DNA from: Actinomycetota bacterium
GTDB lineage: Bacteria; Actinomycetota; Acidimicrobiia; Acidimicrobiales; JAJPHE01
Assembly (NCBI GenBank): GCA_021325435.1
Contig: JAJPHE010000072.1
Span: forward strand, 1,666 to 65,665
Length of the DNA: 64,000 bases
Direction: 5' to 3'
Both the position numbers and the translations under genes were made by a program. The notes beneath the pieces are model-generated. The model was not told the origin of the DNA and did no database searches. It saw only the letters and a list, made by a program, of their open reading frames with translations. Of this stretch, positions 25,982-34,215 are shown one piece after another (within the stretch, counting starts at the first letter, position 1; each line of letters begins with the position of its first letter).

Positions 25982-27717
25982 AGCTCGCCGACCTGACCGG
26001 GCGCCTGCGGAGGGGCAACGGCACGACCCCCGCCAGCGAGGAGACGTCCACCCGGGCCGCCGGGGATCCGATCCTTTCCTGTCAGGGCGTCGACGTCGCC
26101 TACGACAAGGTGCAGATCCTGTTCGGCGTCGACCTCGAGGTCGCCGAAAACGAGATCATCGCCCTCCTGGGTACCAATGGCGCCGGCAAGTCCACCCTGC
26201 TGAAGGCCATCTCCGGCCTCGTCGACCCCATCGGCGGCAAGATCTACTTCGACGGCCAGGACATCACCCACGCCGACGCCGTCCAGACCGCCCGCATGGG
26301 AATCATCCAGGTGCCCGGAGGCAAAGCGGTCTTTCCCACGCTGTCGGTGGCCGAGCACTTCCGGGCCGGCACCTGGCTCTACGCCAAGGAGGATCCCGCC
26401 GACGTCGACGCCCGCATCCAGCGGGTGCTCGACCTGTTCCCCCGCCTGCGTGAACGCTGGGACCAGATGGCCGGCAACCTCTCCGGAGGCGAGCAGCAGC
26501 AGCTGGCCCTCGGCATGGCCTTCGTGGCCCGCCCCCGGCTGCTGATCATCGACGAGCTCTCCCTGGGCCTGGCCCCCACCATCGTCGAGCAGCTGCTCGA
26601 GATGGTCCGCCAGATCCACGAGCAGGGCTGCACCATCATCCTGGTCGAGCAGTCGGTGAACGTCGCCCTCACCGTGGCCGAGCGGGCCTACTTCATGGAG
26701 AAGGGCGAGGTGCGCTTCTCCGGCCTCACCAGTGAGCTGCTCGAACGCGACGACATCCTCCGCTCGGTGTTCCTCGAGGGGGCCGCCTCGGCGACCGGAG
26801 GGACCGGCGGGCGCACGACCACCTCGGCCCCCCGCCAGGCCGGCTCGGCCCAGACGGGCTCCACGATCCTCGAGGTTCGGGGCCTGACCAAGCGCTTCGG
26901 CGGCATCACCGCGGTGAACGACGTCAACCTCACCCTCCACGAGGGCGAGATCCTCGGACTGATCGGACCCAACGGGGCCGGCAAGACGACGATCTTCGAT
27001 CTGATCTCCGGGCTGCTGCCGGCCGACGGCGGCCGCATCATGCTGCGGGGAATCGACGTAACCGACTGGGGCCCCGACCGCCGCTCCGCCATTGGGCTCG
27101 GCCGCTCGTTCCAGGACGCCCGCATCTTCCCCTCCCTGACGGTGGCCGAGAACATCGCCCTCGGCCTCGAACGTCACCTCGACACCCGCGACCACCTGGC
27201 CGCCCTTCTCGCCCTGCCGGCGATCATCGAGTCGGAGCGCGACGTGGCCTACACCGTCGACGACCTCATCGAGCTCATGAACCTCCAGGCCTTCCGCGAC
27301 AAGTTCGTCTCCGAGCTGTCGACCGGAAGCCGCCGCATCGTCGACCTGGCCATGGCCATCGCCCACGACCCGGCCGTCCTGATCCTGGACGAGCCGTCGT
27401 CGGGCATCGCCCAGCGCGAGACCGAGGCGCTGGGCCCGCTGCTCAAGCGCATCCAGTCGGAGACGAACTGCGCGATGCTGGTAATCGAGCACGACATGCC
27501 CCTGATCACCTCGGTGTCCGACCAGATCATCGCCCTCGAGCTGGGCTCGGTGGTGCTACAGGACGTGCCCGAGAACGTGGTCACCGATCCCCGGGTCGTC
27601 GCCTCCTACCTGGGCGGGGACGCCTCGGTGATCCAACGGTCCGGGGCCGGATCGACCGGCACGTCCGCCACGACCAGCAGCGGCCGGCGGCGCAGCTCGA
27701 AGGGGTCAGGGTCATGA
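25978..27717 (+). CDS. Fused ABC ATPase, LivF-like half followed by LivG-like half
   Basis: GTG 25978 overlaps the upstream TGA. Half 1: GTNGAGKSTLLKAISG, LSGGEQQQLALGMA, LLIIDELSLGLAP. Half 2: LEVRGLTKRFGGITAVNDV, GPNGAGKTTIFDLISG, degenerate signature LSTGSRR, VLILDEPSSG. Confidence 0.9.
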   Translation: MKLADLTGRLRRGNGTTPASEETSTRAAGDPILSCQGVDVAYDKVQILFGVDLEVAENEIIALLGTNGAGKSTLLKAISGLVDPIGGKIYFDGQDITHADAVQTARMGIIQVPGGKAVFPTLSVAEHFRAGTWLYAKEDPADVDARIQRVLDLFPRLRERWDQMAGNLSGGEQQQLALGMAFVARPRLLIIDELSLGLAPTIVEQLLEMVRQIHEQGCTIILVEQSVNVALTVAERAYFMEKGEVRFSGLTSELLERDDILRSVFLEGAASATGGTGGRTTTSAPRQAGSAQTGSTILEVRGLTKRFGGITAVNDVNLTLHEGEILGLIGPNGAGKTTIFDLISGLLPADGGRIMLRGIDVTDWGPDRRSAIGLGRSFQDARIFPSLTVAENIALGLERHLDTRDHLAALLALPAIIESERDVAYTVDDLIELMNLQAFRDKFVSELSTGSRRIVDLAMAIAHDPAVLILDEPSSGIAQRETEALGPLLKRIQSETNCAMLVIEHDMPLITSVSDQIIALELGSVVLQDVPENVVTDPRVVASYLGGDASVIQRSGAGSTGTSATTSSGRRRSSKGSGS

Positions 27718-28787
27718 GGCCCCGGGCTGCGAAGGCCGTCAGGCGCACGGTCCGGGTGGTGGCGGCGGCCGCCCTGGCGACCGGGGGTTTCATGGTCGCC
27801 ACGGCCGGAAGCGCCGGAGCGGTGACACCCGCCCGCACGGCATGGTGGAACGAGGCGCCTCTCGGGGTGCTTCCCCTTCCGGGCCAGGTCGGCGCCGACC
27901 AGCTCGCCGTCGGCCAAGGGGCGGGCGGCCCCACCGCCGTGGCCGCCGTCCTCTACACCCTGAGCAGCACCGACTCATCCGACCCGGGCCAGGCCGGCGC
28001 CACCATGATCCTGCCGATCAACAGCGGATCGTCGGTCGGCACCGCCGCCGTCGTGGCCTGCCCGATCACCTCAGGCGAGGGGTGGGCGGCCGGGGGCAAC
28101 CAGCCGGCCGGCAGTACGCCCAAGTACAGCTGCTCGCCCGGCACCGAGGTGAAAGGGGTGAGCCCCGACGGCAACAGCCTGGTATTCGCCCTGACTCCGG
28201 CCCAGCAGGTGGCCGGAAGCCCGGGCACCTTCAACCTGGCGCTGGTGCCCGACCCCTCGTCCAGCTCGCCGTTCCAGACGGTGGTGAACTCCCCCTCGGG
28301 TGACGACTTCTCGGTGTCCAACCCCCCTGAGGCCGGCGCTCAGCCGGCACCGACGGCTCCGGCCTCCCCGGACCAGGGGACCTCCGCGGTGGCCCCGCCG
28401 GCCGAAACGGCTCCGCCGGTGGACACGCCGTTCGCCTCTGAGCCGGTTGCCTCGGCGCCGCCGGCCCTGCCGGCCCCCGCCGCCCCCACGCCGACGGCGT
28501 CCGCCCCGACCCGCGCCCCTGCCGGGGGCGTCGTCTCCGCCGCCCCGGCCGTGCCCGCCTCGAGCCCCGGCTTCCTGACCGGGCGACGCCAGCAGCTGCT
28601 CGGGGTCTGGCTCATGATCGACGCCGGCCTGGCCCTGGCCTTCTTCGGCGGCTCCGCCGACCGGATGCCCCGCCTGCTCGGTTCGCTCGCCGCCCGGCGG
28701 GGGGAGCACTCCCCGGCGGCGGGCGTGGAGATGGGTGGCATCGGCCGCTTCGCCCGCCCTCGCAGCGGGCCGCCGCGGCGCCTCTGA
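27714..28787 (+). CDS. Hypothetical exported protein: signal peptide, ~170-aa domain, Pro/Ala-rich stalk, C-terminal TM anchor. Coupled to the ABC ATPase gene.
   Basis: ATGA overlap at 27714-27717. Signal VRVVAAAALATGGFMVATAGSAGA. Stalk PPEAGAQPAPTAPASP...PPALPAPAAPTPTASAPT. Anchor LLGVWLMIDAGLALAFFGG followed by a basic tail. Confidence 0.6.
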   Translation: MRPRAAKAVRRTVRVVAAAALATGGFMVATAGSAGAVTPARTAWWNEAPLGVLPLPGQVGADQLAVGQGAGGPTAVAAVLYTLSSTDSSDPGQAGATMILPINSGSSVGTAAVVACPITSGEGWAAGGNQPAGSTPKYSCSPGTEVKGVSPDGNSLVFALTPAQQVAGSPGTFNLALVPDPSSSSPFQTVVNSPSGDDFSVSNPPEAGAQPAPTAPASPDQGTSAVAPPAETAPPVDTPFASEPVASAPPALPAPAAPTPTASAPTRAPAGGVVSAAPAVPASSPGFLTGRRQQLLGVWLMIDAGLALAFFGGSADRMPRLLGSLAARRGEHSPAAGVEMGGIGRFARPRSGPPRRL

Positions 28788-28798
28788 AGCCCCCGCCG

Positions 28799-30178
28799 GT
28801 GACCGCCACCCTGGCGGAGGGCCTGCGAGGGGTCCTCGCCGAGGCGCTGGGCGACCCCGGCCTCGAGGTCGAGGGCGTGGTCCGCCTGTCGGGGGGCGCA
28901 TCCCGCGAGACCTGGTCCTTCGACGCCCGGCGCTCCGACGGGTCGGTGGAGCAGCTGATCCTCCGTCGCGACCCCCCCGGGGCACCGAAGGGCGGGATGG
29001 GCATCGAGGCGGCCGTCATCACCGCCGCCGCCGGCGCCGGGGTGCCGGTGCCGAGGTTGGTGGCCGCCAGCGACGAAACGGCCGCCCTCGGATCGGCCTT
29101 CATCGTCGTCGAACGGATCGAAGGCGAGACCATCCCTCGTCGGGTGCTGCGCGAGCCGGCGCTCGCCGCCGCCCGGCGCGTCCTCGCCGAGCAGTGCGGG
29201 CAGATCCTCGCCGCTCTGCATTCCGTTCCGCCGGAGGCGGTTCCCGGACTGCAGTCACCCGACCAGCTCGAGCAGTACCGCCAGGTCCTCGACGGCCTGG
29301 GGCAGCCGTCGCCCGCCTTCGAGCTCGCCTTCCGCTGGCTCGGGTCGAACCGACCCCCGCCGACTGGGGAGGCGATCGTCCACGGCGACTTCCGCAACGG
29401 CAACCTGCTCATCGGGCCCGACGGCGTGCGGGCCGTGCTCGACTGGGAGCTCGTGCATCTCGGGGACCCGATGGAGGACCTGGGATGGCTGTGCGTCAAG
29501 TCGTGGCGCTTCGGGGTCGACCGCCCGGTGGGGGGGTTCGGCACCTACGAGCAGCTCATCTCCGGCTACGAGGCCGGGGGAGGAAGGAAGGTCGACCGGG
29601 ACGCCCTGCGGTGGTGGGAGGTGCTCGGCAACCTCAAGTGGGGGATCATGTGCATGATGCAGGCGTCGGCCCACCTGTCCGGTGCCCTGCGCTCGGTGGA
29701 GCTGGCCGCCATCGGAAGGCGGGTGTGCGAGGTGGAGTGGGATCTGCTCGACCTGATCCCCGGCGACTCCGGGCCTGACGTGAGCCCATCCCCCGGCCCC
29801 GGTCCTCTCGACGCCGCCGCCACCCGGGGCCTGCACGGGGCGCCCTCGGCGGCCGAGCTGGCCCAGGCCCTGCATGAGTTCCTCGACGGGGACGTGCGCA
29901 CCAGCACCGAGGGTCGGGTGAGCTTCCACGCCCGGGTCGCCGCCAACGTGGCCGCCATGATCGAGCGCGAGCTGATCCTCGGACCGGCCCAGGCCGAGGC
30001 CCACCGGGCCGCCCTCGAGGGGCTGGGCGTGGCCGACGACCGCCGTCTCGCCCAGGGCATCCGCACCGGGGCCATCGAGGGCCCGGAACTGCGCCGGGTC
30101 CTGAGAGCGACGGTCAGGGCCAAGCTCGAGGTGGCCAACCCGCGCTGGCTGGAGCCGCCTCGTCCGCCGGGGGACTAG
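28799..30178 (+). CDS. Phosphotransferase (APH/choline-kinase-like) family protein with a C-terminal DUF6285-like extension
   Basis: IVHGDFRNGNLLIGPDGVRAVLDWELVHLGDPMEDLGW (Brenner/APH motifs). C-terminal ~130 aa: PSAAELAQALHEFLDGDV...FHARVAANVAAMIEREL. Confidence 0.8.
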   Translation: MTATLAEGLRGVLAEALGDPGLEVEGVVRLSGGASRETWSFDARRSDGSVEQLILRRDPPGAPKGGMGIEAAVITAAAGAGVPVPRLVAASDETAALGSAFIVVERIEGETIPRRVLREPALAAARRVLAEQCGQILAALHSVPPEAVPGLQSPDQLEQYRQVLDGLGQPSPAFELAFRWLGSNRPPPTGEAIVHGDFRNGNLLIGPDGVRAVLDWELVHLGDPMEDLGWLCVKSWRFGVDRPVGGFGTYEQLISGYEAGGGRKVDRDALRWWEVLGNLKWGIMCMMQASAHLSGALRSVELAAIGRRVCEVEWDLLDLIPGDSGPDVSPSPGPGPLDAAATRGLHGAPSAAELAQALHEFLDGDVRTSTEGRVSFHARVAANVAAMIERELILGPAQAEAHRAALEGLGVADDRRLAQGIRTGAIEGPELRRVLRATVRAKLEVANPRWLEPPRPPGD

Positions 30179-30181
30179 GGC

Positions 30182-31462
30182 TCAGCCGGCGATCTCGGCC
30201 CGGCGGTAGCCCCCGCCGCCGCCCTTCAGCTCCACCTGCACCGGCAGGTGCATCAGCCCCTGGGCCCGCCCGGGGTTCATGACCTCGAACTGGTGGCGTT
30301 GCTCGTGCCAGTCGTAGACGGTGTGCTCGTCGCGGCTGGTGATGGCGAGGGTCAGGAAGTAGGTGCCGTCGAGCAGGGGCACGTCGGCGAACTGAAAGGC
30401 AACCTCTCCCTCGCCCTCGATCGACGGGATCTCCACCCCGAGGATGCGGGTGTTGTTGCCGGACAGCAGCCGGCCTTCGATGTCGTAGATGGCGTAGCCG
30501 AAGTTGGGGTCCTCGATCCGCTCCGCCGCCTGGTAGCGCAGGCGGATCGTCAGGGCGTCCCCGGGCAGCAGATGGGAGCGGGTGCCCGCCTCCGGATGGT
30601 CGAAGGCGACACTGGTGATCCGGGCCCGCAGGTTGCGCTTGCGCTCCTGGGGCGAGCCGGTCTCCTCCTCGAATGCTTCGTCCCCTGCGAGGGCGGCCTC
30701 CAGTTGCTCGGCGACCTCCGGCCGGTCGCCCGTGCGCAGCAGGTGCTCGCGGAAGGACCGGATGGCCTCCCCGGGCGCGCCACTCGCCACCATCCGCCCG
30801 TGGTCCAGCACCACCGCCTGGTCGCAGATCTGGCGGACCTGGTCGGGCGCATGGGTGACGAACACGATGGTGCGCCCCTCCCGTTGGAAATGGCGGACCC
30901 GATCGAGGCACTTGCGCTGGAACGACTCGTCGCCGACGGCCAGAACCTCGTCCACCAGCAGGACGTCGGGCTCGGCGTTGACCGCCACCGCGAACCCGAG
31001 CCGCATGTACATGCCCGACGAGTAGAACTTCACCTGGTTGTCGATGAACTGCTCGAGTTCGGCGAAGGCCACTATCTCATCGAAGCGGCGCTCGATCTCG
31101 CGCCGCGACAGCCCGAGGAGCGAGGCGTTGAGGAAGACGTTCTCCCGTCCGGAGAGCTCGGGATGGAAGCCCGCTCCCAGTTCGAGCAGGGCGGCCAGCC
31201 GGCCCCGCACCTCGATCTGGCCGGTCGTGGGCTGCAGGATGCCGGCGACGCACTTGAGCAGCGTCGACTTTCCCGAGCCGTTGTGGCCCAACAGACCCCA
31301 CGTCTGGCCCTGCTCGATCTCGAGGTCGATGTGATGGAGGGCCCAGAACTCCTCATACGGCACCCGGCCGAAATGCATCGCCCGTTCCTTCAGGGACGTG
31401 TACTTCTCGTGGTACAGGCGGAATCGTTTCGAGACGCCGGATATGCCGACGGCCGTGGGCAA
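30182..31462 (-). CDS. Wzt/TagH-type polysaccharide-export ABC ATPase with a C-terminal glycan-binding-like domain (start uncertain, TTG 31462)
   Basis: GISGVSKRFRLYHEK...GHNGSGKSTLLKCVAG...YSSGMYMRLGFAVA...LLVDEVLAVGD...VTHA. The C-terminal ~170 aa is a beta-rich Wzt_C-like domain. The track ORF start 32047 runs through fabI in another frame. Confidence 0.8.
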   Translation of the reverse strand: MPTAVGISGVSKRFRLYHEKYTSLKERAMHFGRVPYEEFWALHHIDLEIEQGQTWGLLGHNGSGKSTLLKCVAGILQPTTGQIEVRGRLAALLELGAGFHPELSGRENVFLNASLLGLSRREIERRFDEIVAFAELEQFIDNQVKFYSSGMYMRLGFAVAVNAEPDVLLVDEVLAVGDESFQRKCLDRVRHFQREGRTIVFVTHAPDQVRQICDQAVVLDHGRMVASGAPGEAIRSFREHLLRTGDRPEVAEQLEAALAGDEAFEEETGSPQERKRNLRARITSVAFDHPEAGTRSHLLPGDALTIRLRYQAAERIEDPNFGYAIYDIEGRLLSGNNTRILGVEIPSIEGEGEVAFQFADVPLLDGTYFLTLAITSRDEHTVYDWHEQRHQFEVMNPGRAQGLMHLPVQVELKGGGGGYRRAEIAG

Positions 31463-31512
31463 GGCGGGCTCAGAGCTCCTGGCTGGCTGGCTGCGCGACC
31501 CACGGTATCGGC

Positions 31513-32289
31513 TCAGGCGCCCACGGCGTGGTAGCCGCCGTCGACGTGGACGATCTCGCCGGTCGTCATCGGGAACAGGTCCGACAGCAGGGCGACGCAG
31601 GCTCGGGCCACCGCGCCCTGGGGGTCGCGAACGTCCCACCCGAGGGGAGCCCGGACGTTCCACGCCTCCTCGAAGTCGCCGAAGCCCGGGATCGACTTGG
31701 CCGCCATGGTCCGCACCGGCCCGGCGGCCACCAGGTTCACCCGGACCTGCCGGCTCCCCAGGTCGCGGGCCAGGTAGCGGGCGAGGGACTCGAGGGCTGC
31801 CTTGGCCACCCCCATCCAGGCGTAGGCCGGCCAGGCCACGGTGGCGTCGAAGTCCAGCCCGACCACCGACCCGCCGCCGGCCGCCTCCATGAGCGGCAGC
31901 AGGCCGGCGGTCAGGGCCTTGAGCGAGTAGGCCGACACCTCCATGGCCACCGCCACCTGCTCCCAGTCGGCCCGCAGGACGTCGCCCCCCAGGCACTCGG
32001 GGGGAGCGAAGGCGATGGCGTGCAGGATCCCGTCGAGGCCACCCCACCGCTGGCCGAGCTCGTCACGCACGCGGTCGAGGTGCTCGGGGTGGGTGACGTC
32101 CAGCTCCAGCACCTCGGGCGGGTTCGGCAGTTTGCGGGCCACCCGGCGGGTGAGGGACAGGGCCCGGTCGTGCCCGGTGAGGACGACCTCGGCCCCCTCT
32201 CGCTGGGCCCGGTCGGCGACCCCGAAGGCCAGCGAGTCGTCGGTCAGCACGCCGGTCACCAGTATCCGTTTGCCTTCAAGGAGTCCCAT
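31513..32289 (-). CDS. fabI: Enoyl-[acyl-carrier-protein] reductase (NADH), FabI/InhA type
   Basis: From ATG 32289 (GGAGG 4-5 nt upstream): MGLLEGKRILVTGV...LDGILHAIAFAP...AYAWMGVAKAALESL...RVNLVAAGPVRT. Confidence 0.9.
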   Translation of the reverse strand: MGLLEGKRILVTGVLTDDSLAFGVADRAQREGAEVVLTGHDRALSLTRRVARKLPNPPEVLELDVTHPEHLDRVRDELGQRWGGLDGILHAIAFAPPECLGGDVLRADWEQVAVAMEVSAYSLKALTAGLLPLMEAAGGGSVVGLDFDATVAWPAYAWMGVAKAALESLARYLARDLGSRQVRVNLVAAGPVRTMAAKSIPGFGDFEEAWNVRAPLGWDVRDPQGAVARACVALLSDLFPMTTGEIVHVDGGYHAVGA

Positions 32290-32387
32290 CGAGCCTCCGG
32301 GGGAGGGAGCGGACGAACTTACCGTCACCCGGCGGATGCGGGTCGCGCAACTGCGGGTGCCCGGGCCCGGTGTGCAATCGTGTGGCC

Positions 32388-33047
32388 ATGGCCATCGGCA
32401 TCCTCGGGGGCACCGGACCGGCGGGCAGCGCTCTGGCCGTGCGGCTGGCCTCCGTCGGTCAAGACGTGGTCATCGGGTCGCGCTCGACCGAGCGGGCCGA
32501 GGAGGTGCGGGCCGAGCTGATCGCACGGTGGCCCGGGCGCCAGCTGGCCCTGCGGGGCGGCGGCAACGACGAGGCGGCCGATTGCGAGCTGGTGGTGGTG
32601 GCCACCCCGTGGGACGCGGCGGCGTCCACCGCGGCCTCGGTGGGCCCGCGCCTCGAGGGCAAGGTGGTGGTGAGCATGGCCAACGCCATCGCCAAGGTGG
32701 GCGACGAGCTGCAGCCCCTCGTACCGCCGCGCGGCTCGGTGGCCGCCGGCGTTCAGGCAGCCGTGCCCGCCGCCCTGGTCGCCGCCGCCCTCCATCACGT
32801 TCCTGCCCGCGAGCTCGGCGACATCGACCATCCGGTCGAGTGTGACGTGCTGGTGTGCGCCGACCAACCCGCCGCCCTGAAGGCGGCGTCGGACCTGGTG
32901 GCGGCGGTGCCCGGCCTCACCCCCGTGGATGCCGGCAGCCTGTCGTCGGCCGCGGCCGTCGAAGCCTTCACCGCCGTGCTGTTGCAGGTGAACCGCCGCT
33001 ACCGCACCAGGACGGCCCTGCGCCTCGTCGGGCTGCCCCGGGGATGA
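32388..33047 (+). CDS. npdG: NADPH-dependent F420 reductase (NpdG/Fno-like)
   Basis: [33 protein letters not shown]...ELVVVATPW...[10 protein letters not shown]. Confidence 0.75.
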   Translation: MAIGILGGTGPAGSALAVRLASVGQDVVIGSRSTERAEEVRAELIARWPGRQLALRGGGNDEAADCELVVVATPWDAAASTAASVGPRLEGKVVVSMANAIAKVGDELQPLVPPRGSVAAGVQAAVPAALVAAALHHVPARELGDIDHPVECDVLVCADQPAALKAASDLVAAVPGLTPVDAGSLSSAAAVEAFTAVLLQVNRRYRTRTALRLVGLPRG

Positions 33048-34174
33048 TGCGGCTCTACGACACGGCCCGCCGCCAGGTGGTGCCGTTCGAGCCCGGCCCG
33101 GTCGTCACCATGTACACGTGCGGCATCACCCCCTACGACGCCGCCCACGTCGGCCACGCCGCCACCTACCTCGCCTACGACGTCCTGCAAAGGCGCCTGC
33201 GCGATCTCGGCCACACCACCCGGTGTGTCCGCAACATCACCGACGTCGACGACGACATCCTGCGCAAGGCCCGCCAGCTCGGGGTCCACTTCCTCGACCT
33301 GGCCGCCGAGGAGATGGCCCGGTTCGACTCGGTGATCCGCGCCCTGCGCCTGCTGCCGTCCTGGAGCGAGCCCCGGGCCACGTCGGCGATACCCGACATC
33401 CTCGGCTTCATCGGCATGGTCCTCGAATCGGGCCACGCCTACCAGGCCGGCGGTGGCGTCTACTTCGACGTCAGCTCCTTCGACCACTTCGGCCAGGTCT
33501 CCCATCTCGACCGGGCCGCCATGCTCGCTCTGGCCGCCGAGCGAGGAGGCAACCCCGACGACCCGAACAAGCGCGACCCCCTCGACTTCGTGCTCTGGCA
33601 GCCGTCGGCGCCGGACGAGCCGGCCTGGGACTCGCTGTGGGGGCGGGGGCGACCCGGCTGGCACATCGAGTGCTCGGCCCTGGCCATGCGCGAGCTGGGC
33701 ACGACCGTGGACCTGCACGGCGGGGGAGCCGACCTCATCTTCCCCCACCACGAGTGCGAGGCGGCCCAGTCGGAGGCGGTCACCGGCGAGCCGTTCGTCC
33801 GGCACTGGATGCACGCCGGTCTGGTCCATCTCCACGGCGAGAAGATGTCCAAGTCGCTCGGCAACCTCGTCTTCGTGAGCGACCTGCTGAAGGACTGGGA
33901 GCCCGACGCCATTCGCCTCGGCATCGTCGACCACCGCTACCGCGACGAGTGGGAATGGGAGAGCGGCTCGATGCCGGAGGCGGCGGCGCGGCTCGAGCGC
34001 TGGCGCCAGGCCGGACCGGGCGACGCGGCCGTCGACGACGTCCGGGCGGCCCTCGACGAGGACCTCGACACGCCGGCGGCCATCCGGGTCATGGACGACG
34101 CCGTTCGCCGCGGCCACGGGGTGTCGGAGGCCGCCGCCCTACTGGGCGTGGACGCCCTCACCCAGCCGGCGTAA
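33044..34174 (+). CDS. mshC: Cysteine:1D-myo-inosityl 2-amino-2-deoxy-alpha-D-glucopyranoside ligase (mycothiol ligase)
   Basis: ATGA overlap with npd[22 protein letters not shown]...[10 protein letters not shown]...[20 protein letters not shown]...[13 protein letters not shown]...[12 protein letters not shown]...KMSKSLGN. CysRS-like but lacks an anticodon-binding domain. Collinear with mycobacterial MshC as I recall it. Confidence 0.85.
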   Translation: MMRLYDTARRQVVPFEPGPVVTMYTCGITPYDAAHVGHAATYLAYDVLQRRLRDLGHTTRCVRNITDVDDDILRKARQLGVHFLDLAAEEMARFDSVIRALRLLPSWSEPRATSAIPDILGFIGMVLESGHAYQAGGGVYFDVSSFDHFGQVSHLDRAAMLALAAERGGNPDDPNKRDPLDFVLWQPSAPDEPAWDSLWGRGRPGWHIECSALAMRELGTTVDLHGGGADLIFPHHECEAAQSEAVTGEPFVRHWMHAGLVHLHGEKMSKSLGNLVFVSDLLKDWEPDAIRLGIVDHRYRDEWEWESGSMPEAAARLERWRQAGPGDAAVDDVRAALDEDLDTPAAIRVMDDAVRRGHGVSEAAALLGVDALTQPA

Positions 34175-34202
34175 AGGGGGCCGGGCCCCCGAGCGCCGCC
34201 GG

Positions 34203-34208
34203 TATCCT
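34203..34208 (+). promoter_or_regulatory. -10 hexamer TATCCT, 7 nt upstream of ATG 34216 (leaderless-type)
   Basis: TANNNT geometry; no SD. Confidence 0.45.
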
Positions 34209-34215
34209 CGGCCGG

